The notes below the pieces were generated by a model, which worked only from the letters and a program-made list of their open reading frames with translations, ran no database searches and was not told where the DNA came from. 64,000 bases of DNA from Callorhinchus milii (taxonomy: Eukaryota). Both the position numbers and the translations under genes were made by a program. Location of the stretch: assembly GCF_018977255.1 (NCBI RefSeq), contig NW_024704744.1, forward strand, positions 73,346,001-73,410,000. The letters are read 5' to 3'. The first letter of the stretch is position 1. Every line of letters starts with the position of its first letter. Of the stretch, positions 23,536 to 35,543 are shown in pieces.

Positions 23536-24088
23536 ATAAACTCATCTTCCTTAGAAGCTCCAGATTCAGTAAGCAAAGGAAGGAGGAGATTATGTCAGTA
23601 CCAAGGTATCCACTTACTGTGATCTTAGTTAAAGTTAGCATGCTAGCATACAACATTTGGAGAATCGAATAAGGAAGATAAATCTATCTTTGCATAGTTA
23701 AAAAAGAATGTACTTTTGGCCTATATAACGAAAAATATTTTCCGAGAAGTTGATTATGTTGTAGGAAACAGCACCTTGTTATATGGTGAATCACAAGCAA
23801 ATCCTACTCAACTTTTCAACAGCAATAACAAAATTTGCAGTTCAAAATACCTGTCTTAGCAAGTAGCCTTAAAATGATCCTTTTATGATGCTGGCACCCA
23901 TATTGGTACCCACTTCATTGTGAAATAATTAGTGATTGAACACTGCCTAGAATTTTGGACAGATTATGCCATTGATTCGTCAGTCGTGATCTCCCATCAT
24001 GAAGGTAGAGGTTGTTGTGAAAACACGTATTCTGAGTTTATTGCTGCAACAAGCCCGGCATAACAAGGTAGAGACAAATCTGAAGCTA

Positions 24089-24503
24089 TGTGGTCGTCAG
24101 CCTGGCTATGTTCAGGTGTCAATCTGGCTCAGTTGTTAGCACTTTCATCTGAGTCATAAGAATATGGGTTCAAATCCCACATCGAGACTTTAAAGTCGCA
24201 AAACCTAAGGAGGCTCTCCAATGGAGTACTAGGAGAATGCTGCATTGTTTGATGTGCCATGCTTCAAATGAAACATTAAACTGAGGTCCTGTCTGCCTGT
24301 TCAGGTGAATGTTCGAGATTTCTTGGCACTATTCGAAACAAGGGAGTTTCTCACTGTGTCCTGACCAATAATCCCCCAATAATTCTGTGAAGCGCTTTGA
24401 GAAATCCTCCCGCTATGAAAGGAGCTACATCCAACGTATGAATTATTAGTATTTTTATTATTAAACTATCTTCCAAATGAAGAATCAATTGAACAATTTT
24501 CCA
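24089..24503 (+). repeat. Arm 2 of ~410-bp inverted duplication; partner 19502-19910
   Basis: Reverse-complement of 19502-19910 including both flanks, roughly 90% identical by eye. Confidence 0.9.
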
Positions 24504-24713
24504 CAATTTTAAATTTAAATTGTAAGACAATGATATCTCACAGTCTAAGACCAGACGGAATTCCAGACCTATAATAATTTCTTATGTTAACAGGGCAAAG
24601 AATAGAAATTAAGGACGCAGCTGGCATTAAACCAACAACTGATAATAAATAAATATGCTTTATTCATTCTTGAGTCTGATTTATTTTAGAGTACCTTTTT
24701 CTCCTCTCTGCAG

Positions 24714-24840
24714 GTTGTCCATCTCCTGGGACAGAGAGCATGGGAGAAGTGGCCTTTAGCGGAAGTAATTCAATCTTGCATTTTTACGGAGCTTCAAGAC
24801 TATAAGAATTAAAGTAACATTGTTTTCACTACCTAATAAG
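24714..24840 (+). other. Candidate non-coding (UTR/lncRNA) internal exon
   Basis: Strong acceptor CCTTTTTCTCCTCTCTGCAG|G and donor AAG|GTAACC 127 nt apart; all three frames contain stops. Confidence 0.3.
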
Positions 24841-25829
24841 GTAACCTTGCTTTATCCCTGTTTTTAATCCCTAGCAGATTCTTATCAGTTGATACTGGTA
24901 CAGTGTTCATGTGATGTGCTCAGGAGTTTCTGTAAAAGGGAAGCTGTTGGAACAAACTCCTGTCATTTGATACGTCTTATGATAATCTCCTATTCGCCTC
25001 AAAAAAGGTAACCTCTTTTCCAGTTTTCACCAATACACCATTGCTCTAACCTGACTGTTGAAACACGCACAGGAGTGGCTGTGTGAGGAGTCTCCCTGAT
25101 TCCTTCTATACCCACTGAAGAGCCCTGCCCCTCCTCTGCTCCTTTCTAACACCAGTGGGGCAGAGATAAGGAACTGAGCAAAACAGTAGGTGGAGCCTGA
25201 GTCCTATCGTTTGTCAGGTATCTACTTTTTTATTTCAATTTTCTTTTTCTAATCAGAGGCAAAGAATGTGGAAAACGTCAGATTCCAATGCTGGCTTAGT
25301 TCATCAGAAATTTTCGCATCTGCGAAATACCATTTTGTGGGTGCAGCCATCAGAAGTTGTGTGTGTTACTAAAAGTTTCTCTGAAAAATGACCTGAAGCA
25401 GAACTGGTTTGCCAACTCTTTCATTGTTGCCTGGTTTCCTACTGCAACATAAACAATGGTGACAATATCACTATAAAATATAAGATCTGAAAACAAAATA
25501 AGGAATAAACCCTACCCATGATTATCGTCATCATAGTTTCGTGATTCTTTGCCGATACTAATAATACTGTTTGCATTTTGATGCAGCACCTTTCACAACA
25601 AAAAGATGTTTTAAATACCTACATATGAGAATATATGTGGAGAATATCTATAACATGAACAACAAGTCCTTGTGACTAATCTTGGTCCTTGTAACAGGTC
25701 CTTTAAACATTAGCAACTGAATGAAGGGCAACTGAAGACATTTCACAGCCATTTATTTAGTGAAGTCCCTTTGTTTAAGTAAGTTATTTTCGGTGATCTT
25801 ATTTTACAATGCAATAAAATTTATAATCA

Positions 25830-26535
25830 TAAAGTGCTTTTCAAGTATGGAGGACATCTCAAAGCTCTTGATACTGCAGGTTGAGCAGCCCAGCTAAGGG
25901 TGGGGGCTGAGGGGGATGAGGAGGGGAAAGGTGACTGAAAGCACGGTCAAAGAGGGTATTTTTTGGGATATACCTTGAACAAGGGGAGGGATGGAGTTCC
26001 AGAGAGCAGGGATAGAAGGACTGAGAGCCCGCCCACCGATGGTAAGACAAATGGAGGGGAGGGGACATGAAGCAGGCCAATGTTCGCTGAGCGAAGGGAG
26101 TGACACAGAATCATAATGGATCAGTATGGTTGGAGTAGGTTGCAACAACAAGAAGATTACATTTGTATAGTCCCTTTCACATCGGGAGAACGTCCCAAGG
26201 CGTTGGACAGTGTACAGCATTTCAGACCCGAGCTGGTGTTAGGGGGGAGAAGGGAGGGTAGGGGAAGGGGGGTGGCCAATGGCATGGCCGAAGAGGAGGG
26301 TTTTGAGGCGGGACTTGAAGGAGGCTAAGAAGGGGGTGAGGCAGAGTGATTGAGGGATGGAGTTCCAGAGGTTGGGGGCAGAGTGGCTGAAGGCTCTCCC
26401 ACCAATGTTGGGGCGGGTGGGTCGGGGGACATGGAGCAGGCCGGAGCCGGCTGAGCAGGAGGGTTGTTAGGAGGTTGCAGAGGTAGGGTGGGGCGAGGCC
26501 ATGTAGGGCTTTGAGGTTGCAGAGGTATGATCGGA
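25830..26535 (-). mobile_element. Two adjacent LINE-2 3' fragments (~25830-26100 and ~26143-26535)
   Basis: TIGGRALS..PALWNSIP in minus ORF; second copy has a CAACAACAA tail and GGGATGGAGTTCCAGAG (LWNSIP). Confidence 0.85.
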
Positions 26536-27204
26536 TTTTTCACAGCCTTATCGCTTTGTTTAAATGTTTAACTGCAGTTGAACTTTACAATAAAGATTGC
26601 TACAATACTTCAGTGTCAATATTACTTTGAGGGAGATTTTTTNAAAACTTATGAATGAGGGTGTGTAAACTGCAGTTCTGTTTCTGTGGAGATTGGTAAG
26701 GACCGCACATGTGTTTAAAGTAGATTTCATGATGAGACCCTGGGATTCAGCTCCAAGGAGATCCCGCTTATCTCCTCCTCCCAAGGAGGATAGTCAGTTG
26801 ATCATTTGACACTCAACAAACGCAGGACTGAGCCCTCACCTAGATGGATGGCACATACCAGGAACTCCCTGTGAGTTTCTTGATGGGCAGTACAGCTCAA
26901 CAAGAAATGCATGGGAGCTCCACATTTTAGATATGTTTGCCTTGAATTGAAATATTCTCTCACAAAATCATAACTGAAGGATATAAGAATATTGCATTCT
27001 AATAAATGAGACAGCATAAAATGATTCCCCCAAATTATTTCTGGCATATGTTGTGTAAAAGGGAAAGTCCGCACTGTGATCATTACAGTGGTCTAAATGT
27101 AGGGTATTATTGATATCTGTCCATATTTTATTAATGTTAACAAGATTAAGAATATTTCTGAATATTTGTAAAACTACAATATTTTAAGTAATTTAATATT
27201 CAGT

Positions 27205-27945
27205 GAAATTTAAAATAATAATCATCCTGGCATTTGATAGAGCACCTATACTCTGGAAATGTCTCAACATGTTTTACAGTGAATATTGGAAAAATGTTGT
27301 GACTATTTGTAGGTGAATGGAGCAGCCAATTTGTGCACAGCAGCATATAATAATAATCATCCTTTGATTTGATATAGCACCTTATCATATCTTTGAAACG
27401 TCTCAAAGCGCTTCACAGAATATACTGTAAAGTGAATTGATTGTATATTTTGTGAACGAAACACAGCAGCCAATTGCGCACAGCAGTGTCCCACCAGTGA
27501 CCAAATCATTATTTTTAGTTTATTTTTTGAAGGGATTATTACCCCTTGGTTCCTACTTACTGCTTGGTAAACAGAGGCCTGTGAAGTAAGGAAACTTGCC
27601 CAATGTTTCTCCCTGCCCGAGAATTGAACCCAAGTCTTCTTGCTTATGAGGCGAATACTCTAACCTCTAAGCTACAGGAGGCTCTGGGATTCAGCTCCAA
27701 GGATCATGATGAAATCAACTTTAAACACTTGTGTGGTCCTTACCAATCCCCATAGAAAGAGAACTGCAGTATCCCGCAAACAGCCATGACATGTGAATGA
27801 CCAATAAATCTGGAGCATTTCTGTCCCCGGTATGGGAGAAACTTTTTTTGAAATTGCACGGGATCTTTAATATCCATCTGAATAGACAGACAGAACCTCA
27901 GTTTAACATTTTATCTGAAGGACAGCAACTTCAACAATTCAGCCC
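27205..27945 (-). mobile_element. Old Deu-SINE split by a long-subfamily CORE/Deu SINE (27346-27680) and a templated filler (27684-27770)
   Basis: Old SINE breaks at GCACAGCAGCA and resumes ATCCCGCAAACAGCCATG at 27771; inner SINE runs from the (TAA)n tail to GCTACAGGAG. Confidence 0.85.
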
Positions 27946-28604
27946 TCAGCTCACCCAGATATTGTGCAGATATTTTGCTTTAACCTTTAAGTGGAGGCAT
28001 TCCCAGCAAGTGTTGAATATTACCCTGCTTGTTAAATCTTGCTGAAAATCATCTGTCTTAAATAAAGCCAAAGTGAAACTGCTTCAAAATCCTGCTATTT
28101 ACCCTGAACAGTAAAAATTTGTGTTATTTTATATTATTTTTTTTTTTTATTTTATACAGACTACAGAACTGATATGTTGGCAAGGTTGTCAGCTATCAAG
28201 CCAGGCGGGCAGTCATGTCATCAAGTGTGGACTCAAAAGGGATCTGACACTCACTCCCATTGAGAACTCAATGGGAATCTTTGAGAACTGCACTGCCAGC
28301 CGTAAAGATCTACATAAAGGTCACAAGTCTGTTAACCTTCCACACATCAGTTTCTCTTTTGTTTCCAGCTGGTGTAGTTGACATTGTCCAGGTATCTATG
28401 TCACATTTCCTGTCTCAGATAACACATGCTTTTGTCAGAGGAACAGGCTTTAATATTGATTCTCTTGGTCCACACAACAACCGGTCCAACACTACGTGGA
28501 ATTCTCCCATAGAACCACAGAAATCTATGACACAGTAGGAGGTCATTTAACTTATTGTATTGGTGTCAGTGTTTGCTTCTCCAATGAAGTTGTCTAGTTT
28601 ATTG

Positions 28605-28986
28605 GGAGTCCTGTATCTTAATGGTTAGAGCACTCGCTTCGCAAGCCAAGAGGATTTGGGTTTCATTCCCGGGCAGGGCGAAATGTTGGGCAAGTTTCCT
28701 TATTCTACAAGCATCTGTTTACCTAGCAGTAAGTAGGAACCCGGTAGTTAGTCAATTGGCAGATCGCTTTGCTGAGAGTTATAATCCCTCCAAAAAATAA
28801 AATAAATTAAAAAAAATTATAATTTGGTCACTCAATCTTTTTGTGGGACACTGCAATGCACAATTGGCTGCTGAGTTTCGCTCACAAAATATACAATCAA
28901 TTCACTTTATAGTATATTCTGTGAAGCGCTTTGAGATGTCTTGAAGACCCGATAAGACACTATATCAAATGCAAGGATTATTATTA
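28605..28986 (+). mobile_element. CORE/Deu SINE, long subfamily, full length
   Basis: GGAGTCCTGTA..TGGTTAGAGCACTCGC head; GGGCAAGTTTCC..CTGTTTACCTAGCAGTAAGTAGGAACC CORE-like block; Deu-like block; L2 tail. Confidence 0.9.
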
Positions 28987-31394
28987 GGTTTATTATGTAT
29001 CTTAATCCCAATTCCCTACCCAAAACCTTGAATACTGCATGTGCTATCTAATTCCCTTTTAAACGTCCCAGTTGACTCGGTTCCAAAATCCGCTCCAAAG
29101 AATTTGCCAAATTCTGAACAACTGTGAAATGCTACTTGAATGCAGTAAATCTAGAACTAGATGGTGTTTCTCCCCAGAAGTTGTAAATGATAGGTCAAAA
29201 AATTATGGTCTGATTACCCAGTGTAGTATTAATGTAGTAAGCAAGGTGATCAAAGTGAAAATAGCATAGTTGCACAATTTACAATGGGAATTTAAAAAAA
29301 AATACAAATGACTTGGTCTCAAATCCCACTACTCCTACATTCAAAGGCAAAACCCGTTCAGTTTGTCAGACAAACATTCAGCAACAGATCAGATATTTTG
29401 TTTGTGGAGGGAAGGAGCACCCAGGCTTGTTACTGTTTATATTGCTCTCTAAACAGAACCATTAAGTTCAATAATGCATATCCTTACATTTGTCTTTCGC
29501 TAATATCCTCCCACATTTAGTCTATTAGTATTGTTTGTATGTGACAGCAAATAATGTATAAATTAAAATATCCAGGATTCATCATTTTTAATATTTCCAA
29601 GGAATATTATTTTTTTCTTAATTACATCCCAATTGTAATGCTACTTTAGGTAAACGGACATATTTATTTACCTCTGTTGACTAAAGGCTCACTTCCCTTT
29701 GTGCTGTCAATTCATTTTCCGTTGCAAACAGCCCTCGCTGGCTCAATTTAAGTGTTTTTTTCCCACCTGATCTGCTTCATGCTTCACTCATTCTGCATCA
29801 CCATCCTGAACAAATGGTCAGGTCAGGTTCAACAATTAGCATTGAAGTAGTTTGGTCCCTCACTAGCTGACCCTTCCTTTCCTCAAACTAAAGAGTTGCT
29901 CTTCAACTAATCCATTTCCTCTGGATTCGTACTTTAGAGTTCACACATCCATGTTGATACCTTGTATGCACTAGTTGCAGAAGCCATCTCTCTTAGAGAT
30001 TCATTCCAAAACATGAGTTCCCTTTAGTGGCTATTTGTAATGGGATTCTTAGACCAGAAGTAAATCATGCTGTCTTGTGGGAGATCCACTTTGACCCAGT
30101 CTATTTCGGAGTAGGGTTCCTGCAAGTTGACATGATGTACATCTGGTCACTGGAAAGGAATCCGGATTCAACAGTCACCAGATATAAATAATATTTGCAT
30201 TTGATATAGCAACTTAACACATCATTGAAGCATCTCAAAGCATTTCACAGGATTTTGCTGTTCAGTGCAGTGATTGTGTATTTTTAGGCAAATACCAGCA
30301 GCCAAGATGCCTTCAACTTAGTTTTAATTTACCATTTGATAATTTTACAGCATGCTTTTACGATACTGTTGCTGAATCCTATGAAACTCTTTGAGACAGA
30401 CACCTGACATAAAAGGCACTAAACCAAATGCAAGGATTATTATTATTTATTAATATCTTGGTTCAGAAATTCCACCTTGGGATAGTTTCTGAACATTTCA
30501 GAGCAAGGAAAGTTTGGAAAATTCTTAAGTTGAATCTCAATTTTAATAGCTCTAGAAAAACAGCTCCAGAATTAAGACTAAATTTAGGAATTTTGCCAAT
30601 ATTGCACAATTCTGAAATGTTACGAAAATGGTCTAATTCTAGAACCAGGTAAAAGTTCTGAACTTGGATGTGCGAGAGAATTTTAATACTGTATTGGCAA
30701 CAAAGCAAGGAATATATTTGTCTCTTCACACTCATTGTCAAGATTCACGCAATGAATAGCAACCACTTGGGTGATGCATCGGATGGTATGTGGCTCCTGT
30801 GGAACTCTACCCAGGGAAAATGAATCAAATCCTATCAAGGAGGAGAAAGGAAAAAAAATTATAGTTGAAGGTTTGAAAATGAAAAGTCATGAGCATGACT
30901 GTCAAATAGCTGCACAATCACTTTGGTGCACTGGTTTGTATTGTGCAATCCATCCTGCAGTATAAACATAGGGGTATTGTTCTCCACCACCAAAGTAAAA
31001 TATTCTAGCTCTAATTAAATTGGCTTTACAAAAAAAATGCTGACAACTCTGTATTGTTCTGAAAGACAAGTTTTCCTGAACAAGTTTTCCATGTTCGCCC
31101 ATAAACCACACAGTCACTCCACTTTGCAAAAAATTTGTGAAACGCTTTGAAACATCCTCCTGACGTGAAAGGCACCATACCAAATGTAAGGACTATTATT
31201 AGTGGGAAACGAGTGGAAGAAATAGAAAGGGAAGAAACATATAAAGTCCGAATTAAGGTTAGTGTTGAGCAGAGAAAGTTAGAAAAAGAAAGTAAATGTT
31301 CAAAAAAAAGGATACAGCGAACGCAAAAGAGAAAATAAGAAGGAAATATTGACAAAAGTCAAAATGCATTTTATGATGATATGGTTTATAGTTT

Positions 31395-31585
31395 CAAAGG
31401 ACAATTTCAGAACAAATAGCAAGATTTTTTTCTTTATCCAAAGGGTAATTAATGACTGCAGCAGATTACCAGGACCCTGGGCACACTTAAAAAGTAGCAT
31501 GACTCTGTTATGGAAGATGGTAGGGAATGGCAGGTATTCTGGAAGGATAACTTCAGATGGACTGATGGGACTCCTTGTGATCTTC
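31395..31585 (+). mobile_element. CR1 3' fragment
   Basis: FRTNSKIFFFIQRVIN..RLP (CR1 ORF2 C-terminal R..FF.QRV..WN.LP motif), then the GATGGACTGATGGGACTCCTTGT 3'UTR motif. Confidence 0.7.
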
Positions 31586-31742
31586 AGTACTGAAACACAG
31601 CATAGTTCAACGGCTGGATCAGTTGTGTGAAGTACTGACACATATCAGTGATTCAATGGCAGGAGCAGTGTGCGTACAGTGTTGAGACATAGCTGAGGTT
31701 CAAGGGCTGGATCAGTTCTGTACAATAGTGACACATATCAAC
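31585..31742. repeat. ~47-bp minisatellite, ~3.4 diverged copies
   Basis: TTCAA.GGC.GGA.CAGT...A.T..TGA.ACATA repeated three times. Confidence 0.65.
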
Positions 31743-32599
31743 TTGCTCACTGACAACATGATTGATGAAGTACATTTATATGAATTGACGTTTTTAATTG
31801 ATCACACCTTTAGTCAACAAAAGTATACCAGTTTCTATCAAAACTCTGGCATGTTCATACCAGATCTGAATGCATGCACAGCAGGTGACAAAAAAACTAT
31901 GTGCATTCTCATTCAGGTAGCATCAGGAAGACAACCCTTCCCACTAATTCACTGTGGTTCTAGGCATTACAGAATAATTGCAGTCTCTGGCATAATCATG
32001 TGTCCACTAAGGCTGAATCTATTCCTAGGATTAATGCCAACTGATTATGTTGCTTAGCTTGGGTGTCACCTGGTAGTTGCATACATCTACTTATATTTTG
32101 ACAGCGCAGCCAAAAAAAAAGGCTGGGCACTTGCCCAACAAATATTCAGCAATAACAATTTGCACTTGTATAGCACCTTTCATATTGGGAGAATGTCTCA
32201 AAGCTCTTCACAGAAACTCCAATGGCAACAACAACAAAAAATTATATATCATTTTTCAGTCGAGTTTGGATACTCTTAAGAGTTGTGATGAAATTCTGCA
32301 AGTTTCAGACAACCGGCTGACCAACAAAATGTAAAGGATTCAGGAGTATTGGTGAAGGAATTTTTAGGGAAAGCTGAACAGTATTTTGGTCCACAGAAGA
32401 ATGAAGCAAATGCTCGGATCTTTTTAACACATCTCTCAAATTCTTCAAGAAGGTTATCCAATGTGAAACGTGCTACATAAGTGCACGTTGTTGTTGTTTT
32501 ACCCTGCACCAAGGAAGCATATTCGACTGATTTCAACATCAGTCCAGATCCCAAAGTGCAGTATGATCAAAGTCATATTGATGATAGGGACAAAGATAG

Positions 32600-33000
32600 A
32601 CATTTAGGAACAAATGAGCATATGCAAATAGGAACAGAAGGAGGCCATTCAGCCCATGGAGCCTGTTTGGCCAGTTTATTAGAACTTGGTAGGTCTTTAA
32701 ATACCCTGTTCATTTGCCATTAACCGTTATTTACTACCCAAGTATCCTTCTATTTCCTCTTGAAAAATACCTATTAGTTCCACCTCTATAGCTTTCTGGG
32801 ACACAGCATTCCATATCTTCAAATACCTCTGTGCGAAGAAATAATTCCTGATCTCAGTTCTAACCGTCTTGCTTCTGATTTTAACGCTATGCTCACTTGT
32901 AATGGGTCCTTCACTATCTAAACTGTCGTCCACTATCTAAACTGTCAGTTCCTTGCATTATTTTAAATACCTCAATCAGATTATCCATTAACATCCAGTA
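32600..33000 (-). mobile_element. CR1 3' fragment (ORF2 C-terminus plus 3'UTR)
   Basis: Minus ORF 32727-32933 EHSVKIRSK..RNYFFAQR..IWNAVSQKAIEV..FQEEIEGYL; AATAGGAACAGAAGGAGGCCATTCAGCCC UTR motif. Confidence 0.85.
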
Positions 33001-33479
33001 TTTATAGGGTAGTTACCTAACACAGCCTTTGTTCATTTGATTTTTTTATCAAATTGGTGCAACTTTAGTTTAACAAAATAAATTATTATTTTCAACAGAA
33101 GCCATGTGTAGAATTGCAGCTAGTGTCAGTGAAAGGTCAATAGCCCGATTGACTCTTTTGCAAACATCAAAACATTTGAATGACATTCAAATCCCTGAAC
33201 ATGCATGTGAGCTGTTCACCTTCTCCCAGCTGAGACTGATTCAAACTTGGCAGGGCAAGCGGGTTGCAGGCTTGCACTACTCAAACTCAGACACCAGTTT
33301 ATCACTAATAGTTGGTTGTACATCTTGGGCTTTGGATTGCCCATGAAACACATTATTAAAATGTATTGTTTTCAGGGTAGTTCTAATGACTGAGTGGAAT
33401 GTATTAAAATAAACGTTGCAAAAAGAGGCAAAAACTGTAGTCAGTGCTTTTCTCTCCCAGGATGATGTGTGTATAGGTG

Positions 33480-33880
33480 AGTGCGAGAAAGATACAAAAA
33501 GGTAGCTGGACAGAAAGGGGCAGTGAAATATAGAGAGTTTGGGAGACAGAGAGAAACAAAAAGATCACAAGACAGTAACACAGAGACAGACAGAGAGCAA
33601 AACAGAGAGAGCAAAAAACAGTGAGAAAGATGTTAAGATAGAGAGGGTCAGCAAGATGAACAGAGCAAAGCGACAAATACTGAGAAAAATAGCAAATGAT
33701 AGAGACAGAGAGAGACAGTGAGACAGATGGAATAAACAGAGAGAAAGACAGACAATGAGAGAAAGAGAGCGAGATAGAGAGAGAAACAGAGAGTGGATAG
33801 AAAACAAGACAGCCAAAGAGGCAGCAAACAGAGCATACAGAACGTGTGAGCCTCAGAGAAAGAAACAGAGATGAGACCAT
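33480..33880. repeat. Purine-rich (GA/GACA) low-complexity tract
   Basis: Degenerate GAGAGACAGA runs. Confidence 0.85.
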
Positions 33881-34406
33881 CTTCCTTTCAGAAGTAAACA
33901 TTTCTACAGGATTCTGATTTCTCCTGGAATAATGTACCAATTTATGCTAAAGCTGAATTGTGTCAAATCTTCAAAATCTTAGTTTTTGAAGTGCCCTGAT
34001 TTCTGATGGCTTTCATACCTCCAGTTTTCAAAGACTTATTGAAGCATAACATCTTTAACCTTTTTTTAAAAGATAAATCTTCCTGTGGAATATCTAATGC
34101 AGCTTCTATGAATCTTTAAACATTTCCAGAATTTTAAATCACCATTTCCTTCAGAAATGTAATGATGGGATCATTGTGTGCAAAGCAAAAAGCTTTCCAA
34201 TGCATAAAAATATAAAACATTTGTTGGGTAAGTCAGCTACAAGAAAGCAGGGCGGATGTAATCTTTGTGAAATATGTGGGCTCCAGGAAACCTAACTCCA
34301 AACTTAGGTTGCTTTTTGTAGTTTTTGTGAACAGACCGTGCTATATTTTAACTGGAGGATAATGTTATCCCTTTTAGACAGAACTATCAGTCACACTGTG
34401 GTTGCA

Positions 34407-34420
34407 GCAGTAGGGGGCTC
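34407..34420 (+). promoter_or_regulatory. CTCF-like core motif
   Basis: GCAGTAGGGGGCTC versus consensus CCASYAGRKGGCRS (2 mismatches), in a repeat-free block. Confidence 0.3.
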
Positions 34421-35519
34421 ACGTTTAGTCTGACCATTTGCACAATATAAGAAACTCCTCCAGTTTTACAGCTGATTGCTTCAAATAAAAAGATAATATT
34501 GGACTTCAAAGCCTCAGGTGGCTGCTTTTCCAAATGTTTTGTATCTACTTAATTGTCCCTTCTCCCCCCTGTTTCTTTGCAAGGTTTGCAGTTTAAACTG
34601 AGAGGGCATCATAAATATCATATTCTGAAAAGAATGCCGCTTTAAAGAAATGGGCAGTAAGTTACATACAACGTTTGAGGAGCCCATTTGCAAATGAACA
34701 TTTAATGCTTAGAAAACTTAAAATGGATATGGGTGAGGAATATTAATTTATCCCAGAAGCAAACTTGAACGCTTTCAGATTGTCCCTGGTTACTACAGAG
34801 TAATTCCATGCTGACTCTGAGCTGATAGTACAAACTTGCTGAAGATGGTACTATATTAAATATATCTGCTGTTTCCTGTTAAGTTTAATTAGTGCTTCAT
34901 GTTAAGCTTTTTATATCAGACTGATGCAAATCTGCAATACCGACAACATCAGAGAATAAATAATTGCCTTTCCTTTATATGGCAATTCCTGTATTGCAAA
35001 ATGCAACAATTATATGGGGCAAAGATCCCATAACACAGAAATGATCTTGGATGATGTGTGCAATAAAGTTCCCACTCTGAGCTAATGTATTTTCAGACTA
35101 AAATAGTCAACATGCTATTTTTAAGTCGAATCATGTCAAGCTTACTATTTAGTGCCTTCAGAGCACCCGCAGAACATTCAACAACATCAGTGAAGCAGAC
35201 AGCCCGAGATCCGCATAAGCTAAAGGTATCAATTAATGTTCTTCTTCTTGTGTAATGGTCATGTTAAATTTCTGCTCAATACAAATGAAAATATTCTGTA
35301 TCTAACAACTGCTGGAAATTCGTGCCCTTGTTATACGTTTGCACTGCTAAATGGAGCATGCATACATATAGGTTACCTTCTGTGCAGATACTTCCCAGTA
35401 AGTGTAAAAATTACCATGGAAATCGTGAAACTGCTACAGCATAGGTGAAAATAAATCATCGTGTAATAATTTGCAAAGCAAAAAAGAAACAAGTTTGAAT
35501 TGTTCTCAGGAGGCTGACG

Positions 35520-35543
35520 CACACACACACACACACACACACA
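35520..35543. repeat. (CA)n microsatellite
   Basis: About 12 perfect CA units. Confidence 0.95.

Noticed and set aside
28160-28393. Plus-strand coding exons after T-rich acceptors at ~28159 and ~28368
   Set aside because: Donor sites are weak and translations unrecognised; mentioned only as possible non-coding splice sites.
33404-33940. 178-aa hydrophobic/Ser-Leu ORF and overlapping ORFs (also 52213-52639)
   Set aside because: Artefacts of GA/CT low-complexity tracts.
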